Origin: Pseudomonadota bacterium
GTDB taxonomy: Bacteria; Pseudomonadota; Gammaproteobacteria; Acidiferrobacterales; UBA6901
Length of the DNA stretch: 64,000 nucleotides
Reading direction: 5' to 3'
Assembly: GCA_027364845.1 (NCBI GenBank)
Contig: DAHXOO010000005.1
Coordinates: forward strand, 35,198 to 99,197
Of this stretch, positions 1 through 9,016 are shown in pieces (position 1 is the stretch's first letter; every line of letters begins with the position of its first letter). A model generated the notes under the pieces. It did not search any database and was not told where the DNA came from. It saw only the letters and a program-made list of their open reading frames with translations. Made by a program: the position numbers and the translations under genes.

Positions 1-683
1 TGGATCCGCTCATCGTCGTGTGCGGCCAGGATGGAAAGCTGTGGACTCCTAATGGCCGCCATCGGTTGGCGGCGGCAAAGATACTCGGATTGCGCCAAAT
101 CATGGCTCTCGTCTCTCCCGACGAGGATCTGGCGTTCCGTATCCTCGCCCTGAATACGGAGAAGCCGCATAATCTCAAGGATCGCAGTCTTGAAGTGATC
201 CGTATGGCGCGAAACCTTGCCATTCGCAGACCTGCGGCCAGGGAAACGGATTTTGCTGCCGAGTTCGAATCCCCGGAATTGCTGACCCTGGGTCTCGTCT
301 ACGAGGAAAATAGCCGATTTGCGGGAGGTGCCTATGGCCCGTTTTTGAGAAAGGTCGAGCGCTTCAGCGAGCGTCGCCTTTCGGCCAGCATTCGGGAACG
401 CGAAGGGTTTGCGGCGCGGATAGCTGGAATCGACATCGAGGTCCGGCGAATCATTGCAGGCCTTCAGGCTCGTGGATTCGTTTCCCCCTATCTTCGTAAC
501 TATGTCGTGGCTCGGATTAATCCGTTGCGTTTCAATCGAGTGAAGAAAGGTGCCGCCGAGCCACCGATGCCGCTCGCCGCAGCGCTGACGCGCATGGCTG
601 CGGCTGCCCGAAAATTCGATCTCGGTTCGGCCCGGCCCGGGGACCTTGCGCTAGTGGCCGCTATCGTGGGAGAAGAGACCTAG
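1..683 (+). CDS. ParB-like N-terminal domain (ParB/Srx fold) protein, 5' end cut by window edge
   Basis: The frame is open from nt 3 (DPLIVVCGQDGKLWTPNGRHRLAAAKILG, a ParB-box-like GxHR motif). The GTG at 18 in the ORF track is probably internal. Stop at 681-683. Confidence 0.6.
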   Translation, partial: DPLIVVCGQDGKLWTPNGRHRLAAAKILGLRQIMALVSPDEDLAFRILALNTEKPHNLKDRSLEVIRMARNLAIRRPAARETDFAAEFESPELLTLGLVYEENSRFAGGAYGPFLRKVERFSERRLSASIREREGFAARIAGIDIEVRRIIAGLQARGFVSPYLRNYVVARINPLRFNRVKKGAAEPPMPLAAALTRMAAAARKFDLGSARPGDLALVAAIVGEET

Positions 684-848
684 CGCTCGTGGAAGTGCTG
701 GTGTCCTTGGTCCTGATTTTCCAGCGGGTGGCTAATCGGAGGTGGTGGTCGGGCTGCACTGTCGCTGTCTACGGGTTCGAGTCAGGACTTTGCCGCTATT
801 CTGGTAAACTGTGGCGGTATGTCATGCAACTATCGGTGAGGAGTTTCG

Positions 849-1160
849 ATGGCAGATGCCGAAACGGACCCGGATGCGGTATTCAACGAGGTCTTTCATA
901 AGGCGGTAGAATTGGGCAACCGCCAGGCCAACAGCGACGACGAAGCGGATCTGTGGGACATCGCTGATGGTCTTCTGGCCGGAGCTATCCAGTATTGGCT
1001 TTACTCGCGTCAGCCGTGCGGGGACCCGCGCTGCGAGGACTGCGTCTCAATAAGCACCGCCGACATGCGCCTGGCAGAATTGCAGCGCCTGATAAAGCAG
1101 TTTGCCGAAGAAAGCGAATACTTTCACTCGCCATCCGATACCAACGCCGGGCGAGCGTAA
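849..1160 (+). CDS. small acidic hypothetical protein (DUF3144-like by memory)
   Basis: 103-aa ORF with a GAGGAG Shine-Dalgarno a few nt upstream of the ATG. The family guess rests only on the overall pattern. Confidence 0.5.
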   Translation: MADAETDPDAVFNEVFHKAVELGNRQANSDDEADLWDIADGLLAGAIQYWLYSRQPCGDPRCEDCVSISTADMRLAELQRLIKQFAEESEYFHSPSDTNAGRA

Positions 1161-1333
1161 ACGTGACTATGTGTCGCCACAGGCGGTGAAAGGTTTAGCC
1201 TTATCCTCCACCGTCAGTCATTTCCGTTTGATCACACTACCGATCACTCCGCATGGTCCGAGCATGCGGATGGCCCCAGTCGGTCCGTAACCGAACGTCG
1301 CGCACGGGGATTGTATCGACCGAGACGTGGTTG

Positions 1334-2191
1334 TCAGGCAGAGCCTAGACGCGCTTCCGTGCGGACCAGGCGGTCATTGCGGTAGTCGTCAAAGGCCTGA
1401 CGAATTTCCTGCTCGGTATTCATGACGAACGGCCCGTGCTGGACAATCGGTTCGTTCAAGGCGCGACCGGCAACCAGGATCAGACGGGCACTTTGGCCGG
1501 CTGAGGTGAGCGTTATCGAGTCGCCGAGGCCAAGCACTACTAGATTGTGAGCAGCGACTTTTCTGTCGCCGATCGCGATACTCCCTTCGAACACGTAAAG
1601 GAACGCGCTTAGCACAGCGGGAAGAGTGTGGCGGAACTCGGTATTCGGAGCGAATGCTACATCGAGATACGTGACCTGCGTGTGCGGATCATCGACAGGA
1701 CCGCGTTGTGAGGCATATTCACCGCTTATGATTTTAACGTGAACGCCGTCTGTGTTGACCGTAGGTATACGTGCGGCCGGAAACTCCTGGTATGCCGGCT
1801 GGCTCATTTTCTCCGCTGCTGGCAGATTGATCCAAAGCTGGAAACCACGCATGAGACCATTGGTCTGCTGTGGCATTTCAGAGTGGATGACGCCGCTTGC
1901 CGCCTTCATCCACTGAATTCCGCCAGCGCGCAGGTCGCCGCGGTTGCCCATGCTGTCCTGGTGCAGCATGTGACCGTCCAGCATGTAAGTAAGCGTGATA
2001 AAGCCGCGGTGGGGATGGTCGGGAAATCCGGCAATATAGTCATTCGGGTTTTTGCTGCCGAAGTGGTCGAGCATGAGAAAGGGGTCGAGATAGTGCAAAG
2101 CAGGAGTTCCGAGCGTTCGGTGTACCGTGACACCGGCACCTTCCGAGACGGTCAGCGCAGGAATTACCCGTTCGATCTTGCGTACGGTCAT
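1334..2191 (-). CDS. pirin family protein (YhhW-like bicupin)
   Basis: 285 aa. Cupin metal-site region DHPHRGFITLTYMLDGHMLHQDS is typical of pirins. GGAGGA SD upstream of the ATG. Confidence 0.9.
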   Translation of the reverse strand: MTVRKIERVIPALTVSEGAGVTVHRTLGTPALHYLDPFLMLDHFGSKNPNDYIAGFPDHPHRGFITLTYMLDGHMLHQDSMGNRGDLRAGGIQWMKAASGVIHSEMPQQTNGLMRGFQLWINLPAAEKMSQPAYQEFPAARIPTVNTDGVHVKIISGEYASQRGPVDDPHTQVTYLDVAFAPNTEFRHTLPAVLSAFLYVFEGSIAIGDRKVAAHNLVVLGLGDSITLTSAGQSARLILVAGRALNEPIVQHGPFVMNTEQEIRQAFDDYRNDRLVRTEARLGSA

Positions 2192-2277
2192 TTTGACTGG
2201 TCCTCCGAACTGCGACGGTGCAGTGCGGAAAACTCGGTGTATGCCGCAGGCTGCGCCGCCGAGAGGTGATTCTGCAC

Positions 2278-2592
2278 CTAGATAAATTGATGCTCAAGCA
2301 TTCCACAACTTGTATTTGACCCGGCCGGGGTCATTGGCCACGAAAAACCTTGAGAATGTGCACTGTCGACAGTGTGGTGCGTGGCTCCAGCGACCATGAG
2401 GCGTACCGCCGTTGGCTTCCCGCAAAAAATGGTATCGAACGTAAGCGACGATTTTCCACAACCACTCACCCCGGTGACAACGATCAGTTCATTTAGCGGA
2501 AGCCGCAGGTTGAGGTTCTCGAGATTGTTCTGGCGTGCGCCCTTGACGTGAATCAAGTCAGGAACCGTTTGCTTGCCTGAATTTGCGCGCAC
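2278..2592 (-). pseudogene. decayed 5' remnant of a UvrA-like ABC ATPase gene
   Basis: [47 protein letters not shown] matches the UvrA N-terminus including Walker A. After a T6 run (A6 on + strand at 2424-2429) the similarity continues one frame over ([13 protein letters not shown] versus UvrA AEGQRRYVESLS) and then ends. More than 800 codons of a normal uvrA are absent. Confidence 0.65.
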
Positions 2593-2781
2593 ATGGCGTG
2601 GGCGACGTTGGAAAGCGTTGTGTTGCGGGCGGGTGGCACATAAGTAAAGGCGTCCTTTCGCTTGTCAGCGTTGCGCGTATCGGAGCAAAATAATTGCCAT
2701 TGACGCCGGCTTCCCCTCGGTGCTGGCATTTTCGCATACATTTGATGCAGTTCCCGGAGCGATTGGGGCCAGGAGGTTTGT

Positions 2782-3489
2782 ATGGCTGTTTTTACCAGAA
2801 CGATCAGATCGGGAAATGCTGGCATGGCAGTGTATGAGGCGCTGCCCGAAGGAACGCAGCGTTGCCCTGCAATTGTAGTAATTCAGCATGCCCCGGGTGT
2901 CGATAGCTTTCTTCACCGCATGGCCGACCGCCTAGCCGAGGCGGGTTACGCAGCGGTTGCGCCTGACCTCTACCATCGTCTCGACCCGACGCGTGAGGCT
3001 ATGGAGCGTTTCCGGATGCTGAAAGACCGCGAGGTCGAGGAAGACGTCAATGCTGTGGTGGGCTATCTGCTCCTTCATCCCCGCGTAGACGGCGGGCGTC
3101 TGGGCATAACGGGTTTCTGCATGGGTGGCCGTGTGGTTTATTTGATGGCGGCGGCCAATCCGTACTTTAAGGCCGCAGTGGCCTACTATGGCGGAAATAT
3201 CATGGTTCCCTGGGGTGATGATGTCGTCGCGCCGTTTACACGTAGTTCGGAGATTCAATGTCCTTTGATGTTCCATGCCGGCGCAGAAGATACCAATCCC
3301 TCGCCACAAGACCTGCAGAAGCTTGATGCCGAGTTGTCTCGCCACGGCAAACCTCACGAGTTTTACAGCTATCCAGGTGCTGGCCACGCGTTTATGAATT
3401 TCACCAGCGCTGAGCGGTACCGAAAATCCGCCGACAATGATTCCTGGCCGCGGACACTGGAGTTCTTTGCACGATACCTGGGTTTTTGA
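2782..3489 (+). CDS. dienelactone hydrolase family protein
   Basis: 235 aa alpha/beta hydrolase with nucleophile elbow GFCMGG and C-terminal GAGHAF. AGGAGG SD upstream. Confidence 0.85.
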   Translation: MAVFTRTIRSGNAGMAVYEALPEGTQRCPAIVVIQHAPGVDSFLHRMADRLAEAGYAAVAPDLYHRLDPTREAMERFRMLKDREVEEDVNAVVGYLLLHPRVDGGRLGITGFCMGGRVVYLMAAANPYFKAAVAYYGGNIMVPWGDDVVAPFTRSSEIQCPLMFHAGAEDTNPSPQDLQKLDAELSRHGKPHEFYSYPGAGHAFMNFTSAERYRKSADNDSWPRTLEFFARYLGF

Positions 3490-3746
3490 CCGCTTCGACT
3501 GGTCACAGTTGAAGCCATCGGCATGCGGTTGTGAGCATTTGTGCAGTCGTAACATCTTGAAATTTCGGGCATGGGTGAATAGGTAGACGATACCGGAAAC
3601 GGAATTTGTCCTAGCAGGACTTTGATCATTGAATCGCAATAGGTGAGGTGATATAAAAATCCTTGATCACTTCCGGCATGCAGCCCGGCAACGGGAATTC
3701 GTACCCTTTGCCAGACCTTTAGCTGATGAATGAGGAGACCCGCTTT

Positions 3747-4070
3747 ATGGCGTACAGCTACGAAGATCTCAAAGGAAAGACTGTTGCCGAACTCCGCGAA
3801 ATCGCCTCTGGTCTCGAACACGAAGCGGTGACGGGTTACACGCAGCTGAACAAGGACCACCTTCTTGTCGTGCTGTGCAAAGCTCTCGGGATAGACGCGC
3901 ACGAGCATCACAAGGTGGTCGGCGTCGATAAGTCCGGAATCAAGACACGCATTCGGGAGCTGAAAAAAAGACGTGACGCGGCGCTTGTCGCGAAGGACCA
4001 CGGCGAGTTGTGCGGCATATTGCGCAGGATTCATGACCTCAAGCGCGGGATCCGCCGCGCTACGGTGTAA
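3747..4070 (+). CDS. small protein with Rho_N/SAP-like N-terminal helix-hairpin (hypothetical)
   Basis: YEDLKGKTVAELREIASGL resembles the Rho termination factor N-terminal motif. ATG 3747 is preferred over 3726 because GAGGAG lies about 9 nt upstream of it. Confidence 0.55.
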   Translation: MAYSYEDLKGKTVAELREIASGLEHEAVTGYTQLNKDHLLVVLCKALGIDAHEHHKVVGVDKSGIKTRIRELKKRRDAALVAKDHGELCGILRRIHDLKRGIRRATV

Positions 4071-4245
4071 GGTGTGGCTTCACCAGACTGGATACGATTT
4101 ACGGTCGCATTCGGCATGGAGACCAGACTAGAAGGACCATGGGGTTACCGCCGACACTCTGGGTACGGAAGTTGTCATGGTACCGATGTTCGCGCTTGCG
4201 GTCGCGGACCAACCTATGCAGTGACCTGGGTATGAGGAGGATCCC

Positions 4246-4647
4246 ATGCCAGGAGAAATCGAATTTGCAGTAAATCCTGGAACAGTTTGTTTCCTCATCG
4301 ACAAGTCACATGAGTTCCACGCCAAGGAAGAAGTCGTGCTGCCGGATACACCATTCAGTCCGAGTGATGACTGGGCCCTGCAGGTGTTAGCCGATCATCT
4401 GGACGATCCGGTCTATGCCGAGCTCAAGACCACAATCAACGATCTCGAACCCGACCAGCAAGAGGCCCTGGTGGCGTTGATGTGGGTGGGGCGCGGGGAC
4501 TACGACATCGATGAATGGGCCCAGGCTTTGGATGCTGCACACGCTGCATGGAATGCGCGAACGGCGGAGTATCTAATTGCCACCCCACTGGTTGCGGATT
4601 ATCTGGAAGAGGGGTTGTCGCAGTTGGGGTATTCCTGCGAGGAGTGA
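4246..4647 (+). CDS. DUF3775 family protein
   Basis: 133-aa acidic ORF with GAGGAGG SD. The central pattern (LEPDQQEALVALMWVGRGDY) is remembered as DUF3775-like. Confidence 0.6.
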   Translation: MPGEIEFAVNPGTVCFLIDKSHEFHAKEEVVLPDTPFSPSDDWALQVLADHLDDPVYAELKTTINDLEPDQQEALVALMWVGRGDYDIDEWAQALDAAHAAWNARTAEYLIATPLVADYLEEGLSQLGYSCEE

Positions 4648-4732
4648 CGTAGCCCCGTGTCTGCATCGTTGCGCGTGCCGGGCTGCCCATGGTAGGTTCT
4701 GCCGGCCGTCGCAACTCGTATACCCTAGAAAT

Positions 4733-5071
4733 ATGCCAACGCCCCTGATTTTCGATGCCAGCGAAGATGATTTTTCGCTGTCGGTCCTGAGCGCCTCCCA
4801 TGCCCAGCCGGTGCTGGTGGATTTCTGGGCCGACTGGTGTGCACCGTGCCGAACTCTAACCCCGGTTTTGGAAAATGTGATCCGTGCCTACGCCGGTGCG
4901 CTGCGTCTTGCGAAAGTGGAGGTGGATGAAAACATGCGCCTTGCCGGCCGCTACGGCCTGAAAGGTTTTCCCACGGCCATCCTGTTCGGTCACGGCGTCG
5001 AGCTCGCGCGCTTCAGCGGCGCCAAGCCGGAGAGCTTTGTGCGCAGCTTTATCAACGGTTATCTGACCTGA
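4733..5071 (+). CDS. thioredoxin family protein
   Basis: Active site DFWADWCAPCRTL (WCxPC). ATG 4733 is chosen because the upstream part of the long ORF overlaps the previous gene and is not Trx-like. Confidence 0.85.
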   Translation: MPTPLIFDASEDDFSLSVLSASHAQPVLVDFWADWCAPCRTLTPVLENVIRAYAGALRLAKVEVDENMRLAGRYGLKGFPTAILFGHGVELARFSGAKPESFVRSFINGYLT

Positions 5072-5138
5072 TTCGGGTCCGATCTTCAGTGCGTTTGCAT
5101 CACGATCATGCAGCCGGAGAATCAACGCAGCGACCCCA

Positions 5139-5540
5139 ATGTCTCCCGTAGACCCGAAACAGGAAGCTGACGCTGAGCGTGGTTCAGTGCCAGGTACGCC
5201 GGAGCTGTCCGGATTGACGGTCGTGGAGATTGGTCCGCAATATCCAGTCGCCGATTTGCACGCTGCCATGGCACTGGCTGAGCAGGAGGCAGGCATTCGG
5301 CTCGGTGAGCATATGTTGTTGTCGTGGTACGACCGAGATCGAGACTTCGAATCGCCCCAGCATGCCAGCGAGTGCCACACGGCATGCGCCGTTCCGGGCT
5401 ATGTGGACTATGGCGTCAATCACGGTGCAACACTGAAAGTTGACGTGCAGGGAGGGCGCTTCGTGTTTTTTTTCTTCCTGTGCATTCTTCGGACGGCGAT
5501 ATCATTCGGTAGGCATGGATGGCCACGTCCGGGAGGATGA
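5139..5540 (+). CDS. hypothetical protein (possibly AF1514/DUF5619-like); 3' end uncertain
   Basis: 133-aa ORF. The core LLSWYDRDRDFESPQHASECH...PGYVDYGVNHGATL looks conserved. The tail after a T8 run (5466-5473) looks unnatural (FFFFLCILRT...). Confidence 0.45.
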   Translation: MSPVDPKQEADAERGSVPGTPELSGLTVVEIGPQYPVADLHAAMALAEQEAGIRLGEHMLLSWYDRDRDFESPQHASECHTACAVPGYVDYGVNHGATLKVDVQGGRFVFFFFLCILRTAISFGRHGWPRPGG

Positions 5541-5696
5541 ACCCCACCTGGAGGTTTGGTTTCCTGTCGTGCCATACTGTTTGGATTTCCCGCGCATCCA
5601 GAAACGGGAAAGGTCAGCCGAGATTTTTTCCGAAGCAGGTCAGGAGATAATCTGGCGGTCCCGGTCTCCGGCGTTGCCAGGAGGGCCGACAGGGCG

Positions 5697-6710
5697 CTAG
5701 TTCCTCGCGCTTGCCAGCCTCTCGTTGAAATAATCGGGGATCCGGCGCTCGGTATTTAACATCCAACGGCGGATTTGTCGGGCATCTGCGAACCTGGCGT
5801 CCCAGCCCCAGCCGTCCATCAGCACGATGATTACCGGTCTGTTTGCTATGGTGGTTTCCATCGTGAGGCATTGGCCGGCATTGGAGGTGTATCCGGTCTT
5901 GCTCAACTCGATGTTCCAGGTCCGATTCCTGACAAGAAGGTCGGTGTTGAGAAACCTGATCACGTGACCGGTACGCCGGTCGCTGATGCTGAACAGCGCA
6001 GTGGTTGTGAATTTATGCAATAGTGGGTATTTGTTGGCTGCCACGATGAGTTTCGCGAGATCGGCGGCAGTGGACACGTCGCCGTTGTACAGGCCGGTGC
6101 TGTCGACGTAGTGGGTTCTGGTCATGCCGAGTGCCAGTGCCTTGGCGTTCATGGCCTGTACAAACGCAGCCTTGCCTCCCGGGTAGGTGCGCGCCAGTGC
6201 CGCAGCCGCACGGTTATCCGAAGCGGCAAGCGCAACATGCAGCACATCGTAGCGTGTCAGCACTGTCCCGAACGGCAGGCGCGAGCTGGAGCCCCGAAAG
6301 GTATCGCGGTCATCGCGGGTGATGGTTATGAGCCGATCCATCGGCAGGTTTGCGTCCAAAGTCACCACGGCGGTCATCAGCTTGGTCAGAGACGCAATCG
6401 GTCGTTGCGTGTCACTGTTCTTGGAGTACAGCACGGTGCCATCTCTTTCGTCCATCACCAAGGCAGAGCCGGATCGAAGAAACAGCTGATACGGATTTGC
6501 ATACTGCAGGAATTCTGCAGCCGGATTCAGCACTGTGGCAGCCGGCTTGGCCACCACGGCCTGTGCAGCCGGCGGTATTGTTTTGATCAGTGCTGGTGGC
6601 GGGGTAAAGGCGGTCCCATGCTCAATGGCCCATATCTTCGGGAGGAGTATCGCCGCGATGATAATGCCAGCCGTCGTTGCTAGGGCGATGGTCTGCTTGT
6701 GCGGCTTCAT
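5697..6710 (-). CDS. D-alanyl-D-alanine endopeptidase/carboxypeptidase, peptidase S11 (PbpG-like)
   Basis: SxxK (ASLTKLM), SxN (ASDNRAA) and KTG (LSKTGYT) motifs plus an N-terminal hydrophobic anchor or signal. Confidence 0.9.
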   Translation of the reverse strand: MKPHKQTIALATTAGIIIAAILLPKIWAIEHGTAFTPPPALIKTIPPAAQAVVAKPAATVLNPAAEFLQYANPYQLFLRSGSALVMDERDGTVLYSKNSDTQRPIASLTKLMTAVVTLDANLPMDRLITITRDDRDTFRGSSSRLPFGTVLTRYDVLHVALAASDNRAAAALARTYPGGKAAFVQAMNAKALALGMTRTHYVDSTGLYNGDVSTAADLAKLIVAANKYPLLHKFTTTALFSISDRRTGHVIRFLNTDLLVRNRTWNIELSKTGYTSNAGQCLTMETTIANRPVIIVLMDGWGWDARFADARQIRRWMLNTERRIPDYFNERLASARN

Positions 6711-6972
6711 GTCCGGTCAATTTGCTTTTATATTTAATTAAATTAAAGATTATCGAGATTGCCTATGTTTGGCTAGCGTCAGCGCAACGACTGTCGCAGA
6801 TCAATTTCTCTTGATACTAAATATAGCAGTTGTCCTCTGTAAGGAGTAATACTTTTCGATAACCGGTGCGAATCCAACGTCTGGGAGCGGTCCGGGTGAT
6901 GCCGTTTCCCGGCACTGGCCGCCCAGTCGCGCCTGGGCTGGGCGGCGTTTGGTAGGCACAAGAGGTGCGAGT

Positions 6973-6989
6973 ACACTTCCCAAAAGTGT
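6973..6989. promoter_or_regulatory. candidate operator: inverted repeat ACACTT-N5-AAGTGT upstream of the NrtR-like gene
   Basis: Perfect 6-bp arms, about 25 nt upstream of the ATG at 7014, in the pbpG/nrtR divergent region. It does not clearly match the NrtR consensus I remember. Confidence 0.25.
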
Positions 6990-7013
6990 CTTTTATACAC
7001 CAATGGCCGTACA

Positions 7014-7679
7014 ATGGACCCTGAATCTGCTAAATGCCCCAGAATCGCAGTCGTTGTTGCCATGTTCACGGTTCATGAACATCGCCTCAATCTGCTTCTC
7101 GTTCCGCGAATGCACGAGCGGTATCGCTACCAGTGGGTTCTTCCGGGCGGTCCGGTCCAGCTGGAAGAGGATTTGGAGGAATGTGCCCGCCGGGAACTTG
7201 AGGAACAGACGGGAATCTGCGGCGTCTATCTCGAACAGTTGTATACTTTCGGGCGAGTTTCGCGTGATCCAGGCGGGCGAATCGTAAGTGTCGCGTACTA
7301 CGCTCTGATGCCGCCGGACAAAATAGTTCTGCGGCAACCGGCAGAGACCCAAGGGGCCGAATGGTTCTCCTTTTCGGCGTTGCCAGTCCTTTTATTCGAT
7401 CAGCAGGAGATTGTGGCGACAGCTCATCGGCGACTCGCGACCAAGCTTGACTACTCGACTTTAGTCTTTCAGTTGGTGCCTGAGAAGTTCACCCTGGGTG
7501 ATCTTCAGGAAGTGCATGAGATCATACTGGGCACGGATCTAGACAAGCGTAATTTTCGCAGGCAGGTGTTGGCACTCGGAAAGATTGAGGACACCCGCGA
7601 GATGCGAAGGGACGGCCGCAGCCGTCCGGCACGGCTGTATCGCGTCAAGCATTCAGGCCCGGTAGATATCGTCCGCTAG
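7014..7679 (+). CDS. nrtR: NrtR-type Nudix-related transcriptional regulator
   Basis: Nudix box GGPVQLEEDLEECARRELEEQTG plus a C-terminal winged-helix-like half (FTLGDLQEVHEIILGTDLDKRNFRRQV). Lies immediately upstream of nadA. Confidence 0.7.
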   Translation: MDPESAKCPRIAVVVAMFTVHEHRLNLLLVPRMHERYRYQWVLPGGPVQLEEDLEECARRELEEQTGICGVYLEQLYTFGRVSRDPGGRIVSVAYYALMPPDKIVLRQPAETQGAEWFSFSALPVLLFDQQEIVATAHRRLATKLDYSTLVFQLVPEKFTLGDLQEVHEIILGTDLDKRNFRRQVLALGKIEDTREMRRDGRSRPARLYRVKHSGPVDIVR

Positions 7680-7896
7680 CCCATATAGAAAAGTGGGCGA
7701 TGCCGGTTCGGCGCCATGTTCGCGAGGGTCGGTTAGCGGTCCTGGCGGCTGACAGATAGCTGCCAGGATTGGCCGCAGTGCTGCTGCCGTTGAGCGGAGT
7801 GGGGGTAAGTTTTTGAGAATGTGACGCCCGGAGTCGCAGGTTGCGAGCGAGTTGATGTGGTCACCCTCGGGTCCGAAGAGTTGCTGGAGGTGATAT

Positions 7897-8982
7897 ATGG
7901 GTGGATTTGAGGCTGTACCCACCATTCCGATAGTGAATGCGCCCGTTACGGCGGAGGTTCTGGCGCGTGCCGCTCCGATGAACGAGGGTGAGCGACAGCA
8001 GATCATCGACCGGATCAAGCGGCTGCTCAGGGAGCAGGATGCGGTGCTGGTAGCCCATTATTACGTGCATGAAGATCTGCAGATGATCGCTGAAGAGACC
8101 GGTGGTTTCGTCTCGGACTCCCTCGACATGGCGCGTTTCGGCAACGAACATTCGGCGACGACGCTGGTCGTGGCCGGTGTCCGCTTCATGGGTGAGACCG
8201 CGAAGATACTCAATCCGGAAAAGCGGGTGCTCATGGCGACGCTGGAGGCGGAATGCTCGCTTGATCTCCAGTGCCCGGCGGACCGGTTCATCCCGTTCTG
8301 CGACGCGCATCCGGACTGTACGGTGGTCGTGTACTCGAATACCAGCGCCGAGGTCAAGGCGCGTGCCGATTGGGTAGTAACCTCAGGGATCGCGGTGCAG
8401 CTCGCCCGGCATCTGAAGGAGCGGGGCGAGCGGATACTTTGGGCACCGGACCGCCATCTTGGATCTTACATACGACAGGTTACCGGCGCCGACATGGTGC
8501 TGTGGCCGGGTGGCTGCGTGGTGCACGAGGCATTCAAGGCGCAGGCCCTGGCGACGCTGAAGCAACAGCATCCGGAAGCCGCTGTGCTTGCGCATCCGGA
8601 ATCTCCAGCGGCCGTACTGGAGCTCGCAGACGTGATAGGTTCAACCACGCAGCTCATCAATGCCGCGCGTGATCTGCCACAGCGCGTGCTGATCGTCGCG
8701 ACCGACAATGGCATCTTTCATAAGATGAAACAGATCGCGCCCACAAAGCTTCTGATTGAAGCACCCACGGCAGGCGCAGGTGCGACCTGCCAAAGCTGTG
8801 CCCACTGCCCGTGGATGGCGATGAACGACTTGCGCGGCCTGGTGCGCGTGCTGGAGCGCGGAGACAATGAGATCCGCCTGGACGAGGAGGTGCGGGTCAA
8901 GGCGCTGCGCGCAACCGGGCGCATGCTCGAATTTGCGCAGTCGCTGAAGCCAGCGGCTGCCGCCAAATCCTCAACGGCGTAG
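7897..8982 (+). CDS. nadA: quinolinate synthase NadA
   Basis: 361 aa. Typical NadA blocks ([41 protein letters not shown]). GGAGGTG SD upstream. Confidence 0.9.
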   Translation: MGGFEAVPTIPIVNAPVTAEVLARAAPMNEGERQQIIDRIKRLLREQDAVLVAHYYVHEDLQMIAEETGGFVSDSLDMARFGNEHSATTLVVAGVRFMGETAKILNPEKRVLMATLEAECSLDLQCPADRFIPFCDAHPDCTVVVYSNTSAEVKARADWVVTSGIAVQLARHLKERGERILWAPDRHLGSYIRQVTGADMVLWPGGCVVHEAFKAQALATLKQQHPEAAVLAHPESPAAVLELADVIGSTTQLINAARDLPQRVLIVATDNGIFHKMKQIAPTKLLIEAPTAGAGATCQSCAHCPWMAMNDLRGLVRVLERGDNEIRLDEEVRVKALRATGRMLEFAQSLKPAAAAKSSTA

Positions 8983-9016
8983 TGTCCGGGTGTGATGTCG
9001 TGCGGGAGCGCCTGCG

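Noticed and set aside
3622-3669. Two TTGATCA motifs 41 bp apart upstream of the 3747 gene
   Set aside because: 7-mers are too short to distinguish from chance, and there is no extended symmetry.
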